Of a stretch of 20,000 nt of DNA, positions 17,513-20,000 are shown in pieces. How positions within the stretch are numbered: the first letter of the stretch is position 1; every line of letters starts with the position of its first letter. The position numbers and the translations under genes were made by a program. The notes under the pieces were generated by a model that saw only the letters and a list, made by a program, of their open reading frames with translations, was not told where the DNA came from and ran no database searches. This stretch comes from an uncultured virus (IMG/VR IMGVR_UViG_3300042880_000230) (lineage: Duplodnaviria > Heunggongvirae > Uroviricota > Caudoviricetes), in IMG/VR virus record IMGVR_UViG_3300042880_000230; one strand, written 5' to 3'.

Positions 17513-18097
17513 TCAAGGCATCGCAGCCGCTTCCTCCCACAAAGGCAGGTCATCCGCGTACAGCGCCCGCACGATGTCCCGTGTTAGCGCGGACGGCTCT
17601 TCGATGTCGTTATCGCACTGCACCTTGTACAGCTTGCAGCCTTCCGGCAGCATAGCCCATTGCGGTCTGATTAGCTCGTCACAGGAGAGCGGATCTTGAG
17701 CTAGCCCCCACCGCACGAAATCTCCGAATGACTTGCCTGACACGTCGCGGAAGCGCAGTGGGCAGCGAGCCGTGAATGCCGGGGAGGAGGTTCGATAGAA
17801 CCAGACTTTCCGCAGCCGCACTAGCGGGTCTTCTACTAGCGCGAACAGTTGCACGCCTTGCAAATTTTCGATGGGAGTGGGAGGTGTCTGCGTCTCAGAG
17901 AAGGAGCGCCCCAGCACGTTACGCAGGCCCGCTAGCTTCCTAGCATAACCGTTCGTATCCGGGCTGGAGTAGGTGCGGACGCACCATGCTTTACCGCCAT
18001 CCACATGGAAAGGCGCTAGGGCGCATCCGCGTCCCGAGATTGCGGCGGTAGTTTCACGCCATAGGTGCGACTTGGCAGGAAGAGCGTATGCGTGCAT
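17513..18097 (-). CDS. Sulfotransferase (Sulfotransfer_2)-like protein, degenerate
   Basis: FALVEDPLVRLRKVWFY resembles FxFVRDPxxRLxSxY; SFGDFVRW, DELIRPQ and VRALYADD resemble the family C-terminal half. No recognisable PKxxxTS 5'-PSB motif. Start uncertain. Confidence 0.45.
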   Translation of the reverse strand: MHAYALPAKSHLWRETTAAISGRGCALAPFHVDGGKAWCVRTYSSPDTNGYARKLAGLRNVLGRSFSETQTPPTPIENLQGVQLFALVEDPLVRLRKVWFYRTSSPAFTARCPLRFRDVSGKSFGDFVRWGLAQDPLSCDELIRPQWAMLPEGCKLYKVQCDNDIEEPSALTRDIVRALYADDLPLWEEAAAMP

Positions 18098-18770
18098 AGG
18101 TGTCTTGGATTAGAGCGGCGATGTCCTGACCGTGCGGCATGCCTAGGATGTCGCTAGAACTTCCCGACTGAACGAAGTACGGACGGCACCCTGTCAGCAT
18201 TGTACCGTGAGACGCTAGCCACTGGTCATACGGTCTAAAGGTCTGCGGCACGATACCGGAAGCGATTTCGGTTTCGCAGGGCACTGACACTAACACATCG
18301 TCGAAGACGTTGCGGTGGTAAAGGATAGCGTGCGTGGTGACCATTCCCTTAACCGTAAAAAGCTCGCCGCAGTCGTGCGGAAAAACCCGGAGGGCGGGAG
18401 TTGCCGGACGCCAGTTAGCGCGACAACCTCCAAGGTTTACCGTGTTCCAGTGCGGTGCCTTAGCTAGTGTCTTGAAGAGGAAGTCGTGGAGCTGTCTGGA
18501 GTTGACAGGCAGCGCATCGTCTTCCAGCACTAGCACTCCTTCAGCGTCCTCCGCCGCTGCCATAGCAATCGCCCTTCGATGGGACGCGGCGCAAGCCAGG
18601 TCGCAGAGCGCGACTCGCTGCGGGCCTTGTATGTTAGGGCTGATCTGTACGCCTGGGATAAACTCTAGATCGAAGATTGCCGTTAGGCCGCTAGCGTCCC
18701 ACGCCGCCTCCAGTTCCTCGCGCCTGTCCTCGCGGCTAGGCAGGCTGATGCAGAAAGTCCTGAGCCTCAC
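18054..18770 (-). CDS. Glycosyltransferase, family 25-like
   Basis: FCISLPSREDRR N-terminus, ACAASHRRAI, LVLEDDA (acidic donor-binding motif), TTHAILY, PYDQW, VQSGSSSDI fit the GT25 pattern. Confidence 0.8.
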   Translation of the reverse strand: MRLRTFCISLPSREDRREELEAAWDASGLTAIFDLEFIPGVQISPNIQGPQRVALCDLACAASHRRAIAMAAAEDAEGVLVLEDDALPVNSRQLHDFLFKTLAKAPHWNTVNLGGCRANWRPATPALRVFPHDCGELFTVKGMVTTHAILYHRNVFDDVLVSVPCETEIASGIVPQTFRPYDQWLASHGTMLTGCRPYFVQSGSSSDILGMPHGQDIAALIQDTYARIRSSCQVAPMA

Positions 18771-19429
18771 ACCGTCCAGTAGTTGACGGCGGCTTGCGCC
18801 ACGACGAGTTCAAGATAACCGTTAAACGGTGCGGCGGTAGTGCGGTCGTAGGCCGGGACTGTGCTGAGGCATTTAACGTGAAGGAACGCGCCAGGTTTAG
18901 CGACGCCTTGCAGCGTGTCGTACTTGTGGGTGCCGCCGCTTAGATAGTAGACAGGCTGAGGCGATCCGTCAAATGCTAGGCAAGCGCCTGGCATTAGCCG
19001 AAGCCCTGTGTTCAGCGAGGCAGGGTCGGAGATGAGAGAATCCGACATGCCCCACATCATGATGTACGGCGTGCGGTTGTACATCGACAGCAGGACGGGA
19101 GGTCGGGAGGTGCCGACAACCGTCTGCCCGTCAGGGTCCAGACCTGACGAATTCCACCCTCCATAGCAGACCCAGTAATTGTGAGGGTGCGTGGTCGAAG
19201 TTGTTAGCGGATTCAGCGAGATAGTCAGCATGTTCCGCAGCGGGTCCAGCGCGGCAGTAGTTCCGTTAAGCGGCCAGAACTTTCCGCTAACAACACGGTC
19301 TGCGCCTGGGAAGCTAGACGAGGACTTTCCTCCCGGCTCGTTTGAGATGGTGTAGTTGCCTGCGGCGCTAGGGATTTCCGGCGTTACGACGGCTCCTGCG
19401 GCAACACGAAAGAAAGGCTGTACGTTCAT
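18767..19429 (-). CDS. Hypothetical protein (220 aa)
   Basis: 4-bp ATGA overlaps with both neighbours; Gly/Pro/aromatic, beta-rich looking; no recognised motif. Confidence 0.7.
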   Translation of the reverse strand: MNVQPFFRVAAGAVVTPEIPSAAGNYTISNEPGGKSSSSFPGADRVVSGKFWPLNGTTAALDPLRNMLTISLNPLTTSTTHPHNYWVCYGGWNSSGLDPDGQTVVGTSRPPVLLSMYNRTPYIMMWGMSDSLISDPASLNTGLRLMPGACLAFDGSPQPVYYLSGGTHKYDTLQGVAKPGAFLHVKCLSTVPAYDRTTAAPFNGYLELVVAQAAVNYWTV

Positions 19430-20000
19430 TGGGAGATGCGTGTTAGGGATGCTAGATCCAGACTGCGGGTTTGAATAATAGCGTCAGGGTTAGCTGGCAC
19501 CGCTACTAGACTGATCTCGAAAAGGTAGGCTTTGCTGATCGTGCGCCCGTCCGGCTCGTACAGCCAGATGCCGCCGATAGACAGGGTGCGCAGCGACTTC
19601 TCCATTAGCGAGAACCTAACGTGTTTCATCTCAGGGGAGTTAGACACCTGGCCTTGCACGAACAGGCCGCGCTCGTCTTCCCTGACAATCGTGTAGTGCC
19701 CTGCGATATTCTCGACGATCTGGCGGTGATCGACTAGCATAACCGGGTTCATCATGAAGTCGCGGATAGTCTCACGGAAAGCGCCGACCTGAATGTTATC
19801 GCCGTGCCTGTCTGACGCCGTGACATGTGCCCAGGTGCTAGCGTACCCGGCGAAGCTCACGTTCTGGTAGTCCACTACCTGCCCGGTCTTGTCGTCTTTG
19901 ACCGCAACACCCTTCGCGTCCGTATCCAGGCACTGCCTGCGATTAGCTAGCTCGACGCGGCGGGACTCATGCGGAGTGTCTGTAATAGCCAGGGCGCAGG
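19426..20000 (-). CDS. HK97-family prohead (capsid maturation) protease, 5'-truncated by window edge
   Basis: Motifs FAGYAST, DRHGDNIQVGAF, PVMLVDH, REDERGLFVQG, LSIGG, EISLVAVPANPDA. The frame stays open upstream of the listed GTG (19875) to the window end (..CALAITDTPHESRRVELANRRQCLDTDAKGVAVKDDKTGQV). Confidence 0.93.
   Translation of the reverse strand, partial: CALAITDTPHESRRVELANRRQCLDTDAKGVAVKDDKTGQVVDYQNVSFAGYASTWAHVTASDRHGDNIQVGAFRETIRDFMMNPVMLVDHRQIVENIAGHYTIVREDERGLFVQGQVSNSPEMKHVRFSLMEKSLRTLSIGGIWLYEPDGRTISKAYLFEISLVAVPANPDAIIQTRSLDLASLTRISQ

Larger units (their letters stand above)
1..20000 (-). mobile_element. Phage/prophage virion morphogenesis region (siphovirus-like, HK97-type head)
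   Basis: Co-oriented protease, capsid, connector, gp10-like, tail chaperone and tape measure genes with short gaps or overlapping stop/start codons. No sheath gene is seen. No integrase or att site lies in the window, so phage vs prophage is undecided. Confidence 0.95.

Noticed and set aside
18016..18057. GTG overlapping the GT25 stop as an alternative start for the sulfotransferase-like gene
   Set aside because: It is in a different frame and reaches TAG after 13 codons; no slippery site links it to the main ORF.
235..18786. Numerous plus-strand ORFs (e.g. 3562-4089, 11939-12493, 13239-13913, 18334-18786)
   Set aside because: All are antisense shadows of well-supported minus-strand genes, with no recognisable motifs.
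92..20000. Amber (TAG) stop-codon reassignment, suggested by abundant TAG trinucleotides and only 1 of 24 genes ending in TAG
   Set aside because: Genes tile the strand without gaps under the standard code and none is interrupted by an in-frame TAG. Reading through the single TAG (6635-6637) adds only x-PPGY before a TGA.
1..20000. CRISPR array or diversity-generating retroelement repeats
   Set aside because: No regularly spaced repeats with unique spacers, no reverse transcriptase, and no long near-identical repeat pair seen. The two CBM-like modules are similar only at protein level.

Overview
The window is the morphogenesis region of a tailed dsDNA phage or prophage, siphovirus-like with an HK97-type head. 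It holds 24 tightly packed genes, all on the minus strand. In transcription order: prohead protease (cut by the window edge), hypothetical, GT25-like glycosyltransferase, degenerate sulfotransferase-like protein, 1142-aa mosaic fibre, fibre-chaperone-like protein, NAD-dependent sugar epimerase, a four-gene lysis-like cassette, major capsid, head-tail joining genes, tail tube, tail chaperone with a -1 frameshift, tape measure, and tail-tip/Ser-rich proteins. Most notable points: (1) about 8.4 kb of sugar-modification, fibre and lysis genes sit between protease and capsid, suggesting a virion glycosylation/decoration system, with Ser-rich proteins as candidate substrates; (2) CTAG, usually an avoided word, is strongly over-represented, except for a 912-bp CTAG-free island inside the fibre gene; (3) a GGGAAAC frameshift gives a product missing from the ORF track; (4) leaders lack Shine-Dalgarno sequences and carry CTAAC, and there are shared candidate promoter/operator motifs. 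All functional calls come from motif recognition by eye, not database searches.
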